64,000 nucleotides of DNA from Verrucomicrobium spinosum DSM 4136 = JCM 18804 (lineage in GTDB: Bacteria > Verrucomicrobiota > Verrucomicrobiia > Verrucomicrobiales > Verrucomicrobiaceae), in the NCBI RefSeq assembly GCF_000172155.1, contig NZ_ABIZ01000001.1, forward strand, positions 2,139,105-2,203,104, read 5' to 3'. The notes under the pieces were generated by a model. The model did not search any database. It worked only from the letters and a program-made list of their open reading frames with translations, and was not told the origin of the DNA. Below, piece by piece: positions 38,372-47,582 of the stretch; the first letter of the stretch is position 1, and every line of letters starts with the position of its first letter. The translations under genes and the position numbers were made by a program.

Positions 38372-39436
38372 ATGCGGCAATCTCGTTTGAAGGCTCCGAA
38401 GGAATGGCCGGTGGCTTACTACCACTGTGTGTCGCGGGTGGTGGATCGCCGATTCGTGTTTGAGAAGGAGGAGAAGCGCCGGTTCGTGGAGTTGATGCGG
38501 TTTTATGAGCGGTTCTGTCAGGTGCAGGTGGTCACGTTCTGCGTCATGTCGAACCACTTTCATCTCTTGCTGGAGGTGCCGCAGCGCCCGCAGGTAATGC
38601 CGTCGGAGGAGTGGCTGATCGGGCACATCAAGGGGTGCTTTGGTGAGGCGATGGCGGGGGTGGTCGCGGAGCAGATCCGTCAGTTTCGTCAGGTCGGGGC
38701 AGACGGAGCGGCGGCAGAGGTGATCCAGGGCTGGTTTTCCCGCATGTGGGATGTGAGCCAGTTCATGAAGACGCTGAAGCAGCGCTTCACGCAGTGGTTC
38801 AACAAGCACCATGAGCGCCGGGGGACGCTGTGGGAGGACCGGTACAAGAGCACGATGGTGGAGGGAGGGCCAGCAGCACTGGGCATCATGGCCGCTTACA
38901 TAGACCTGAATCCGGTGCGTGCTGGTTTGGTGAAGGACCCGAAGGACTACCCATGGAGTGGGTACGGTGCCGCAGTGGCAGGGGCGAGCCGAGCAGGGAG
39001 GGGGCTGGCGATCGTGGCGAACTGCCTGGCCCAGCGCGAATTGCGACCCGCAGAGGTTTTGGCTCTCTACAGGCAGATGCTTTATGTCGCGGGAAATGCA
39101 GGTGATGATCTCAGCATTCAGCTTCGCAGGGAAGCCGGGACACAGAAAGCGGGCCTCCACAACGACGAAGTGACCAAGGTGCACGCCCAAGGTGGAAAAC
39201 TCACGCTACAGGAGATGCTGCGCTGTCGGGTGCGCTACTTCACGGCAGGAGCGGCGGTGGGCAGTCGGGAGTTTGTGAATGCCGTGTTTGATTCTGCCCG
39301 CGGTCGTTTTGGGGCGACACGGATCGAAGGAGCCCGCCCCATGCGAGGAGCGGATTTCATGGGGCTGTGCAGCCTGCGTGATCTGCAAAAGCGCGTGATC
39401 ACCCATCCCTCAGACGCGGGTGGAGGCGTCAACTGA
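38372..39436 (+). CDS. IS200-like HuH Y1 transposase homologue (RAYT-like, transposase_17 family)
   Basis: CVMSNHFHLLLEVP is the HuH motif. LWEDRYKSTMVE is the Tyr region. YIDLNPVRAGLVKDPKDYPWSGY. 354 aa, single copy, no terminal IRs, so probably domesticated. Confidence 0.7.
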   Translation: MRQSRLKAPKEWPVAYYHCVSRVVDRRFVFEKEEKRRFVELMRFYERFCQVQVVTFCVMSNHFHLLLEVPQRPQVMPSEEWLIGHIKGCFGEAMAGVVAEQIRQFRQVGADGAAAEVIQGWFSRMWDVSQFMKTLKQRFTQWFNKHHERRGTLWEDRYKSTMVEGGPAALGIMAAYIDLNPVRAGLVKDPKDYPWSGYGAAVAGASRAGRGLAIVANCLAQRELRPAEVLALYRQMLYVAGNAGDDLSIQLRREAGTQKAGLHNDEVTKVHAQGGKLTLQEMLRCRVRYFTAGAAVGSREFVNAVFDSARGRFGATRIEGARPMRGADFMGLCSLRDLQKRVITHPSDAGGGVN

Positions 39437-39489
39437 AGCCTGGGTGATGCACTCAAGCACCGAGGGGCGTTGAGCCCAGATCTCCTGGC

Positions 39490-40566
39490 TTACGCCAACC
39501 CTGCCTCGGCAAGTCGGTCGTGGATCTCACTGGCCTGCAGCTTGTCCACCAAATCCCCAATGCGACCGTCCACGAACATATCCAGGTTGTAGAGCGTCAC
39601 ATCGATCCGGTGATCGGTGATGCGGTTCTGCGGGTAGTTGTAGGTGCGGATCTTCTCTTCGCGACCACCTCCACCGATGAGTGCCTTGCGGTGGGCGGAG
39701 TATTTGGCGGCCTCTTCCTGCTGCTTTTTTTCCAGCAGGCGGGACCGCATGATCGTGATCGCCTTTTCCTTGTTCTTGAGCTGGCTGCGGCCGTCCTGGC
39801 AGCGCACAATCATGCCCGTGGGAAGGTGCATCACCTGCACAGCGGAGTCGGTCGTGTTCACCCCCTGGCCGCCGTGACCGCTGGCGCGGCATACTTCAAT
39901 GCGAAGCTCGTCCGGCTTGAGTTGCAGGTCCACCTCCTCGGCCTCGGGCAGCACGGCCACCGTGGCGGCAGAGGTGTGAATGCGACCCTGAGCCTCGGTG
40001 GCTGGCACCCGCTGCACGCGGTGCACGCCGCTCTCATACTTCAAGGTGCGAAAGACGTCCTCGCCACTGACCTTGAACACCACTTCCTTGTACCCACCTG
40101 CGTCTGAAGGGCTGGCTTCCATGGACTCGATCTTCCAGCCGCGCTCCTCCGCATAGCGGTTGTACATGCGGTAGAGATCGCCGGCGAAAATGGCGGCTTC
40201 GTCGCCGCCGGTACCAGCGCGGATTTCCATGATGACATCGCGACCTTCCAGCGGGTCAGGGGGCAGGATGTGCCGTTGGACTTCGCCTTCCAGTTCCAAC
40301 AGACGTGCCTGTAGCGTCGGCAGTTCTTCTTCGGCCAGGGCTGCCAGTTCGGCATCGCCAGACTTCGCCAGTTCCTGGTTGTCGGCAATCTGCTGCTCCG
40401 TGCGCTGATATTCGCTCCAAGCTTTGACGAGAGCTTCAAGCGAGCGGTGCTCCCGAAGCAGGTCGCCAGCTTTGCGGTTGTCGTCGTAGAAGTTTGGGTG
40501 GCCCATCATCTCTTCCAACTCAGAGAAGCGGTCCTTCTTCTTTTCGATGATCGAGGAATAGTCCAT
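39490..40566 (-). CDS. prfA: Peptide chain release factor 1
   Basis: Start at MDYSSIIEKKKDRF. PATEAQGRIHTSAATV (the RF1 PxT tripeptide) and GGQ in SGHGGQGVNTTDSAV. Confidence 0.9.
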   Translation of the reverse strand: MDYSSIIEKKKDRFSELEEMMGHPNFYDDNRKAGDLLREHRSLEALVKAWSEYQRTEQQIADNQELAKSGDAELAALAEEELPTLQARLLELEGEVQRHILPPDPLEGRDVIMEIRAGTGGDEAAIFAGDLYRMYNRYAEERGWKIESMEASPSDAGGYKEVVFKVSGEDVFRTLKYESGVHRVQRVPATEAQGRIHTSAATVAVLPEAEEVDLQLKPDELRIEVCRASGHGGQGVNTTDSAVQVMHLPTGMIVRCQDGRSQLKNKEKAITIMRSRLLEKKQQEEAAKYSAHRKALIGGGGREEKIRTYNYPQNRITDHRIDVTLYNLDMFVDGRIGDLVDKLQASEIHDRLAEAGLA

Positions 40567-40725
40567 GGCGGGGAAAGGAGAGAGCTGAGATTGGGGATCC
40601 GAGGGCAGAGTCGGGGGGGAACCGAATCCGTATCCGAATCTGGTAGCCGGGATGCAACCCAACAAGTTGACAAAAGAACTTACGGCAGCCGAAGCAGCGA
40701 AAACAATGGGACAGGCAGACGAGAA

Positions 40726-40770
40726 ACAAAAAACGGTGACGCGCCACCAAGGGCGCGATCACCGTTTTTC
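40726..40770. terminator. Bidirectional terminator downstream of rpmE
   Basis: aaaaaaACGGTGAcGCGCCaccaaGGGCGCgATCACCGTttttt. Confidence 0.55.
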
Positions 40771-40791
40771 TGAAAAGCAAAGATGCCGTCG

Positions 40792-41037
40792 CTAGGCCGT
40801 GGGGGCAGCAGCCTTGGGCTTGGTGCGGCGGGTGGCGGAGGTCGAACCGTAACGCTGGGCGAACTTGTCAACGCGACCAGCGGTGTCCACGAAGCGCTGC
40901 TCACCGGTGAAGAACGGGTGGCACTGGGCGCAAATACCGATACGGAGGTTTTTCACCGTGGAGAGCGTATGATAGACCGCTCCACAAGTACAGGTGATCG
41001 TGGTTTCGTGAGTTTCGGGATGAATTTCCTTTTTCAT
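40792..41037 (-). CDS. rpmE: 50S ribosomal protein L31
   Basis: MKKEIHPETHETTITCTCGAVYHTLST…GICAQCHPFFTGEQRFVDTAGRVDKFAQRYG is the canonical L31 with a Zn-ribbon. Confidence 0.9.
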   Translation of the reverse strand: MKKEIHPETHETTITCTCGAVYHTLSTVKNLRIGICAQCHPFFTGEQRFVDTAGRVDKFAQRYGSTSATRRTKPKAAAPTA

Positions 41038-41247
41038 GGCAGGGATCGAATGTTATGGGGCATTCGGGGCCGCGCGTTGGCGCGGAAAGGGAAGCGACTG
41101 TACACATCTTACCACCTGGGTCAAGTTTATTTCCCCGTCTGCGGAATGTGCCGGGAAACGGTGAGATTGTCATTCGGATGCAAAACGCCGCGTCTCAGGC
41201 CGTTGTACGCGTGATTGCTCCACGCGATCCTTTTCCAAAACGGTGTC

Positions 41248-44200
41248 ATGTCCAGACCCAGTTTGCCCCTGACCCACCTCACCCTGCTTGGGATTGGGGT
41301 GATTTCGCTTCCATTGATGGGGGCGGGCGCGGAGCGAACGCCTGATTTCGACCGCGATGTGCGCCCGATCCTCGCAGAGCATTGCCTGGAGTGCCACAGT
41401 CTGGACAAGGCCAAGGGCGGGCTGGCCCTTACCACAAAGGGCGGTGCCATGAAGGTGCTCAAGAGCGGGCATGCTGGCATTGTCCCGGGCGATGCCGGGG
41501 CCAGTGCGGTGATTGCCCGGGTGGAAACGCATCAGATCGACGAACGCATGCCTCCCGAGGACCGCAAGCCTCTCACACCCAGCCAAGTGGCCACCCTGCG
41601 GGCTTGGGTGGCGGCGGGTGCCGACTGGCCGGCGCACTGGGCCTATCGTCCTCTGGCCCAGCCCATCCTGCCTGAGGTGCGAAACACTCAGTGGCCTCGG
41701 GGAGAGATCGACCGATTCGTCCTGGCCAAACTGGAGGCCGCTGGCATTCAGCCCTCCCAGGAGGCGAGCCGTGCCACGCTCATTCGCCGGGTCTATTTGG
41801 ATCTTCTAGGCCTGCCTCCCACTCCCAGACAGGTGGAGGACTTCGTAGGAGATTCTTCTTCTGATGCCTATGAGAGGATCGTGGATGCCGCTCTGGCCTC
41901 CCAGCACTTTGGCGAACGTTGGGGCCGACACTGGCTGGACATGGCCCGCTATGCGGACAGTGACGGGTATGAGAAAGACCGGCCACGACCTGATGCTTGG
42001 CGTTATCGCGACTGGGTGATCCAGGCCTTCAATGACGATCTGCCGTTCGACCGCTTCACCATTGAGCAGCTGGCGGGGGACCTGCTTCCAGCGGCAGGAC
42101 CTGAGCAGGTGCTGGCCACCGCCTTTCATCGGCAGACGCTGACGAACACCGAAGGAGGGGCTGATCAGGAGCAGTTCCGAGTCGAAGCCGTGTTTGATCG
42201 GACTGAGACGACAGGCTCCGTTTGGCTGGGGCTGAGCGTTGGATGCGCCCGCTGCCATTCGCACAAGTACGACCAGATCTCCCACCAGGAGTACTTCCAG
42301 CTATACGCCTTCTTCAACAATAGCGATGAGGCGACCCGGCAGGTCGCCACCTCCCAGCGTGCCTGGCAGGAGTATGAGAAACAACACGGCGCTGACGCCG
42401 CCAAGCTCGGTGTCCTGCAGAAGCGGCTGGATGAGGCACGGGCCGATCTTCGCGGCCGTCTGGCCGAATGGGAGAGAGTTTTGCAGGAGCGGCTGGCGGC
42501 CGCCCGTCGAAATCCGGCCAAGGCCATTTATGAACCGCTGGTGGTTTCAGGCGTGCACTCGTCAGGCAGGCAGACCACCTTCACCCGCCAGGAGGATGGC
42601 TCCTGGCTGGCCGGCAGTGAGCAATCGAAACAAGAGATCTATGAAATCACGGTGGACTCCTGGCGCGAGCCGCTGGTGGCCCTGCAATTGGAAGTGTTGC
42701 CTGACTCTTCCCTACCCGGCGGTGGACCCGGACGGGCCGGGAAGGGAAACTTTGTGCTGAGCGAGCTCAAGGTTTCCCTGGGGCGGGATGCGGCCTCCGC
42801 CGTGCCGGTGGCATTGCACTCTCCAGCGGCGGATTTTGAACAAAAAAGCTTCACCGGCAAAGCTGCGGTGGACGGGGATCGCGAGACGGGATGGGCCGTG
42901 CAACCCCAGTTTGGCAAGGCTCACCAGCTTACGGTTCAGTTCGAGGAGCCCGCCAAACCAAGTCCGGGAATGAAGCTCTTCGTCAACCTGCACCAGGCCT
43001 ACAAAAGCGGGAACCACAACATCGGACGGTTCAGACTGCTGGGGAGTGCGGTGCTCACGGAGGAGTCGGTGGTGCCGGCAGAAGTGCTGCGGGTGTTGAA
43101 TGAGGAGCCGCTCCGCCGCAACGAGGTCGTGATCAAACCGCTGCTGGACTGGGTGGAGAAGCGCGACCCGCAGACCAAGGCTGCGACCGACGCCCTGGAG
43201 GCAGCCCGTGGACGACTGCCGAAGGCCCCGCTCATGGATGTCCGGGTCATCGCCCAGCGAACTCAGGACACCAGGGTCACGCATCGTCTGCACCGTGGTG
43301 ATTTCCTGAGCCCCGCGGAGACCGTTTCTCCGGGTGGGCTCGCGGTCCTGCCAGCGCTGGCCGGGCGGAGCGGGAATGGCAGGGCGGCAGACCGCCTGGA
43401 TCTGGCGCAGTGGTTGGTAAGTCAGGAGAACCCGCTGACTCCCCGTGTCGCCGTGAACCACATCTGGGCTCGTCTCTTTGGTGAAGGATTGGTTCGCACG
43501 GTGAATGACTTCGGGGTGCGGGGCGAGCGCCCGTCTCATCCTGAACTGCTCGACTGGCTGGCTGGGGATTTTGTGTCTCGAAAAGGCTGGAGCCGCAAGC
43601 GCTTCATCAAGACCATCCTGATGTCCGCCACCTACCGGCAGTCCAGCGGCCATCGGCCGGAGCTGGCCGATGTTGATCCCTTGAACCGCCTGCTGCATCG
43701 CCAGAACCGCCTGCGCGTGGAGGCGGAGATTGTGCGGGATCTTCATCTGTCCGCCAGCGGGCTGCTGTGCCCCAGGGTGGGCGGCCCCAGCGTCTATCCG
43801 CCCCTGCCGCCGAACATCGCGGAGTTGAGCTATGCCAACAACTTCAAGTGGGCCACCAGCAGCGGGGAAGATCGCTATCGGCGCGGGATGTACACGTTTT
43901 TCAAACGGACTGCGCCCCATCCCGACCTGACGACCTTTGACTGTCCAGACGCCAACACGACCAACGTGAAACGCACGGTGAGCAACACCCCGTTGCAGGC
44001 ACTCACAACACTCAATGCCGGCACCTTTGCGGATGCGGCGAAGGGGCTGGCTACGCGCGTGCTAAAGGAAGGGCCGACCGCCGATGCCCAGGGGTTGGAC
44101 CGGTTGCTGGTCATTTGTCTCTCCCGCCATGGCGCGGCTGGTGAACTGGCTTCACTCCAGGGGTTGCTGAACGATTCTCGCCGCTGGTATCTCGCGCACC

Positions 44201-44325
44201 CGGAGGAGGCGGCAAAGTTCGTGAAGGGGTTCGAGGTGTCATCCGTGGCTCCCGCCGAGCTCGCCGCCTGGGCGGCCACGGCGCGCATGGTGCTGAATCT
44301 GGACGAATTCATCACGCGAGAATAA
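41248..44325 (+). CDS. DUF1549/DUF1553 domain protein (PSCyt1 + PSCyt2 + PSD1; Planctomycete-type cytochrome domain protein)
   Basis: Start at MSRPSLPL (signal peptide). CLECHS heme-like motif. VYLDLLGLPPTPRQVEDF (DUF1549). C-terminal DUF1553 blocks (FDCPDANTTNVKRTVSNTPLQALTTLN). Confidence 0.85.
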   Translation: MSRPSLPLTHLTLLGIGVISLPLMGAGAERTPDFDRDVRPILAEHCLECHSLDKAKGGLALTTKGGAMKVLKSGHAGIVPGDAGASAVIARVETHQIDERMPPEDRKPLTPSQVATLRAWVAAGADWPAHWAYRPLAQPILPEVRNTQWPRGEIDRFVLAKLEAAGIQPSQEASRATLIRRVYLDLLGLPPTPRQVEDFVGDSSSDAYERIVDAALASQHFGERWGRHWLDMARYADSDGYEKDRPRPDAWRYRDWVIQAFNDDLPFDRFTIEQLAGDLLPAAGPEQVLATAFHRQTLTNTEGGADQEQFRVEAVFDRTETTGSVWLGLSVGCARCHSHKYDQISHQEYFQLYAFFNNSDEATRQVATSQRAWQEYEKQHGADAAKLGVLQKRLDEARADLRGRLAEWERVLQERLAAARRNPAKAIYEPLVVSGVHSSGRQTTFTRQEDGSWLAGSEQSKQEIYEITVDSWREPLVALQLEVLPDSSLPGGGPGRAGKGNFVLSELKVSLGRDAASAVPVALHSPAADFEQKSFTGKAAVDGDRETGWAVQPQFGKAHQLTVQFEEPAKPSPGMKLFVNLHQAYKSGNHNIGRFRLLGSAVLTEESVVPAEVLRVLNEEPLRRNEVVIKPLLDWVEKRDPQTKAATDALEAARGRLPKAPLMDVRVIAQRTQDTRVTHRLHRGDFLSPAETVSPGGLAVLPALAGRSGNGRAADRLDLAQWLVSQENPLTPRVAVNHIWARLFGEGLVRTVNDFGVRGERPSHPELLDWLAGDFVSRKGWSRKRFIKTILMSATYRQSSGHRPELADVDPLNRLLHRQNRLRVEAEIVRDLHLSASGLLCPRVGGPSVYPPLPPNIAELSYANNFKWATSSGEDRYRRGMYTFFKRTAPHPDLTTFDCPDANTTNVKRTVSNTPLQALTTLNAGTFADAAKGLATRVLKEGPTADAQGLDRLLVICLSRHGAAGELASLQGLLNDSRRWYLAHPEEAAKFVKGFEVSSVAPAELAAWAATARMVLNLDEFITRE

Positions 44326-44347
44326 CCCGCCACCTCACCCCATCCCG

Positions 44348-45850
44348 ATGACCGCCATGCACCCCCTTGCAGCCCAGACCCGCCGGGAATTTCTGACCAC
44401 CACCGCCAGCGGTCTGGGCATGATGGCGCTGGGATCCATGCTCACGCAGGAGGGGCTCTTGGTGCCTGCCAGCGCCGCGGCCGATGGGCAGGGAGGCGTG
44501 GTGTTGGATCCGCTGGCGCCACGCCTTCCGCACTTCCCGGCCCGGGCCAAGAATTGCATCTGCATTTTCATGGAGGGGGCTCCCAGCCAGATGGATCTCT
44601 TCGATCCCAAACCCAAGCTCAATGAACTGCATGGCCAGCCGTTGCCGGAGAGCATGACGAAGAACGTCCGGTTCGCCTTCATCAAGAAGGAGACCGCCCG
44701 CCTGTTGGGGAGTCCGCGCACTTTCAGCAAACACGGCGAGTGCGGCATGGATTTTAGCGACCTGCTGCCGCATCTGGCGACCTGTGCCGACGATCTGCTC
44801 ATGGTGCGGTCGATGCACACGGACCAGTTTAATCACCACCCAGGCCAGCTTCTTTTGCACAGTGGACGGGCCACGTTTGGCCTGCCAACGATGGGTTCGT
44901 GGTTAAACTACGGCCTGGGCAGCGAGTCCCAAAATTTGCCGGGCTATGTCGTGCTGACCGCCGGGCGGGGGACCAGCGGGGGGGCTTCCCTCTGGCAGAG
45001 CGGATTCCTGCCCAGCCACTATGCCGGAGTGCTGTTCCGCAATCAGGGTGAGCCGGTGCTCAATTTGCAAAATCCGGAAGGGCTTCCACCAGAGTTGCAA
45101 CGCCGCGGGTTGGACGCGCTGATGGAGCTGAACCAGGCCCGATTTGACCAGTTCAAGGATCCCGAGATTCGCAGCCGCATCTCAGCTTACGAACTGGCCT
45201 TCCGCATGCAGAGTGCCGCGCCGGAGCTTATCGATCTAAAAGGGGAGACGGCGCAGACGTTGGAGATGTACGGGGTGAACCGCAAAGACATGGACGTGAA
45301 GGCCTCCCGGGCCGGCGGTCCCGGCCAGTACAAGAGTTTTGCCTCGAACTGTCTGGTGGCCCGACGCCTTGTGGAGCGCGGGGTGCGCTTCGTCAGCATC
45401 ATGCATGCGTCCTGGGATCATCACTCCAACCTGAACCCGGAGCTGGCCTTTAACTCCGGCATGGCGGACCAGCCGATTGCCGCGCTCATCAAAGATCTGA
45501 AAGACCGCGGCCTGCTGGACTCCACCATGGTCATCTGGTGCAGCGAGTTTGGCAGGACTCCGCTCGGTGAGAACCGGGGTGGCAATCCCAATGTTACAGG
45601 GCGGGATCATCATCCCTTTGCCTTCACCATGCTCATGGCCGGCGGCGGCATCAAGGGCGGGCAGACCTATGGTGAGACGGATGAAATCGGCTGGAGCATC
45701 ACCAAGGATCCCGTGCATATCAATGACTTCCACGCCACGCTGTTGCACCTCTTTGGTCTGGATCACCTGAAACTCACGCATCGGTTCCAGGGCCGGGACT
45801 TCCGGCTGACCGATGTGGGGGGCAGGGTGATTCCGGAGTGGGTGGCGTGA
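44348..45850 (+). CDS. DUF1501 domain protein (sulfatase-like), Tat signal
   Basis: RREFLTTTASGLGMMALG is a twin-arginine signal. FMEGAPSQMDLFDPKP…WCSEFGRTP…GRDHHP are hallmarks of DUF1501. The canonical partner of DUF1553 proteins. Confidence 0.85.
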   Translation: MTAMHPLAAQTRREFLTTTASGLGMMALGSMLTQEGLLVPASAAADGQGGVVLDPLAPRLPHFPARAKNCICIFMEGAPSQMDLFDPKPKLNELHGQPLPESMTKNVRFAFIKKETARLLGSPRTFSKHGECGMDFSDLLPHLATCADDLLMVRSMHTDQFNHHPGQLLLHSGRATFGLPTMGSWLNYGLGSESQNLPGYVVLTAGRGTSGGASLWQSGFLPSHYAGVLFRNQGEPVLNLQNPEGLPPELQRRGLDALMELNQARFDQFKDPEIRSRISAYELAFRMQSAAPELIDLKGETAQTLEMYGVNRKDMDVKASRAGGPGQYKSFASNCLVARRLVERGVRFVSIMHASWDHHSNLNPELAFNSGMADQPIAALIKDLKDRGLLDSTMVIWCSEFGRTPLGENRGGNPNVTGRDHHPFAFTMLMAGGGIKGGQTYGETDEIGWSITKDPVHINDFHATLLHLFGLDHLKLTHRFQGRDFRLTDVGGRVIPEWVA

Positions 45851-45884
45851 TTGCCGGATCTTGTGAGAGTTGCGGAGCAGGGTT

Positions 45885-46550
45885 GTGGGGAAGAGCCGTC
45901 CCGGCTCTTGGGGGAGCTGGGTGGTGCGTGGACAAGAACCGAGACGGTTCTTCTACCATGGCGGTTGCCCGCGAGAGAGAAGGTAGAGGAGCCGTCCCGG
46001 CTCTTGGGTGCGCTGGATGGTGCGGGGACAAGAACCGGGACGGTTCTTCTACCCTGGCTGATGTCCGCGAGAGGGAATGTGGAAGAGCCGTCCCGGCTCT
46101 TGGGTGCGCTGGGTGACGCGTGGACAAGAACCGGGACGGTTCTTCTACCGTGGCGGTTGCCCGCGAGAGAGAAGGTAGAAGAGCCGTCCCGGCTCTTGGG
46201 TGCGCTGGATGGTGCGTGGACAAGAACCGGGACGGTTCTTCTACCGTGGCGGTTGCCTGCGAGAGAGAAGGTAGAGGAGCCGTCCCGGCTCTTGGGTGCG
46301 CTGGATGGTGCGGGGACAAGAACCGAGACGGTTCTTCTACCGTGGCGGTTGCCTGCGAGAGAGAATGTAGAAGAGCCGTCCCGGCTCTTGGGTGCGCTGG
46401 GTGACGCGTGGACAAGAACCGGGACGGTTCTTCTACCGTGGCGGTTGCCCGAGAGAGAGAATGTAGAAGAGCCGTCCCGGCTCTTGGGTGCGCTGGGTGA
46501 CGCGTGGACAAGAACCGGGACGGTTCTTCTACTATGGCGGATTTCCGCAC
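45885..46550. repeat. REPIN array: 7 tandem 96-bp units, each GTAG + AGAGCCG-TCC-CGGCTCT hairpin, 26-nt spacer and inverted AGAACCG-GGA-CGGTTCT hairpin
   Basis: Unit starts at 45890, 45986, 46082, 46178, 46274, 46370 and 46466 (exact 96-bp period). Fills the whole DUF1501-RAYT intergenic space. Confidence 0.9.
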
Positions 46551-46573
46551 GTAGCTTAGAGCTGTGAGGATAT

Positions 46574-47302
46574 TCAAGTGTTGGTTCCTTCGCTCAACTG
46601 CCTATTGCTCCCCACATATTCTGGATGTTCGCGAATGTAGTTCCGGATTCGCTCCAGACTGGCGCGGCTGCGCACGATGTGGTCGAAAGACTCGCGTTGC
46701 CATACCCTGCGATTCGGAAAATGAGATCGCAGCCCAGGCAGATGATCATCGATGATTTTGTTGAGTCGATGCGCTGAGTAGGACTTCCAAGAATGCAGAA
46801 TCTTGGAGAGATCATGTTCGGGATTTGGCGTCAAGATGGCGTGGACATGGTTTGACGCTACGACGTACTCGTCCAACTCGTAGCGAGCTCCAGCAAAATG
46901 ACGGATGGTTTGGGATGCGGAGTCCTTTGCGGGTTGATGGCTTAAAAGGCATGAACCACTGTTTGCATCCAACCAGCGCTGGAGACGCCTGGGAAATCGA
47001 TCATAGTACTCCTGACGGGTTAGCTTGTCATGAGGTTCGGGATGGCGCTTGAGCCAGTCTTCTCGATCCAGATGCCATTGATGTAGCTTGTCTTGAGGCA
47101 AAGCATCAGCCAGTCGAAAGGTGATGAAATAGGTCGTCGAGGCCTGCCTCCAATGTGGAAGATTCCCCGAAAGCACTTCTGTCGGAACGAGCTCTGAGTA
47201 GTAGACCCGGCTCTCATCTGGATTGGGAACGGGTTTATCCGGGGAATCCATGCGAAAACGAAGTGGCAGGTGTGCGGTAAAAGCCTGCCCATGTTGCGCC
47301 AT
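46574..47302 (-). CDS. REP-associated tyrosine transposase (RAYT; IS200-like HuH Y1 family)
   Basis: YYSELVPTEV… leads into the N-terminal TnpA_REP-like segment. HuH motif VVASNHVHAIL. WQRESFDHIVRS Tyr region. 242 aa, typical RAYT size. Flanked on both sides by REPIN arrays. Confidence 0.8.
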   Translation of the reverse strand: MAQHGQAFTAHLPLRFRMDSPDKPVPNPDESRVYYSELVPTEVLSGNLPHWRQASTTYFITFRLADALPQDKLHQWHLDREDWLKRHPEPHDKLTRQEYYDRFPRRLQRWLDANSGSCLLSHQPAKDSASQTIRHFAGARYELDEYVVASNHVHAILTPNPEHDLSKILHSWKSYSAHRLNKIIDDHLPGLRSHFPNRRVWQRESFDHIVRSRASLERIRNYIREHPEYVGSNRQLSEGTNT

Positions 47303-47319
47303 GGTTTGGTTGGGCGCAA

Positions 47320-47575
47320 CCGACTCTTGGGAGTGCTGAGCCGTGCGGGGGCAAGAACCGGGACGGTTCTTCTACCCTGGCTGATGTCCGCGAGGGGGAA
47401 AGTGGAAGAGCCGTCTCGGCTCTTGATGGCGCTGAGCCGTGCGGGGGCAAGAACCGGGACGGTTCTTCTACCCTGGCTGATGTCCGCGAGGGGGGAAAGT
47501 GGAAGAGCCGTCTCGGCTCTTGATGGCGCTGGGCCGTGCGGGGCCAAGAACCGGGACGGTTCTTCTACTGTCCGG
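47320..47575. repeat. REPIN array (2.5 units of the same 96/97-bp unit) on the other side of the RAYT gene
   Basis: caagaaccgggacggttcttctaccctggctgatgtccgcgagggggaaagtggaagagccgtctcggctcttgatggcgctg repeats at 47352, 47448 and 47545. Confidence 0.85.
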
Positions 47576-47582
47576 GATTCAC

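Noticed and set aside
45774-46577. 267-aa (minus) and 238-aa (plus) ORFs covering the REPIN array
   Set aside because: The periodic amino-acid sequence simply mirrors the 96-bp repeat period (96 = 32 codons keeps frames open). There is no start context and both strands are open.
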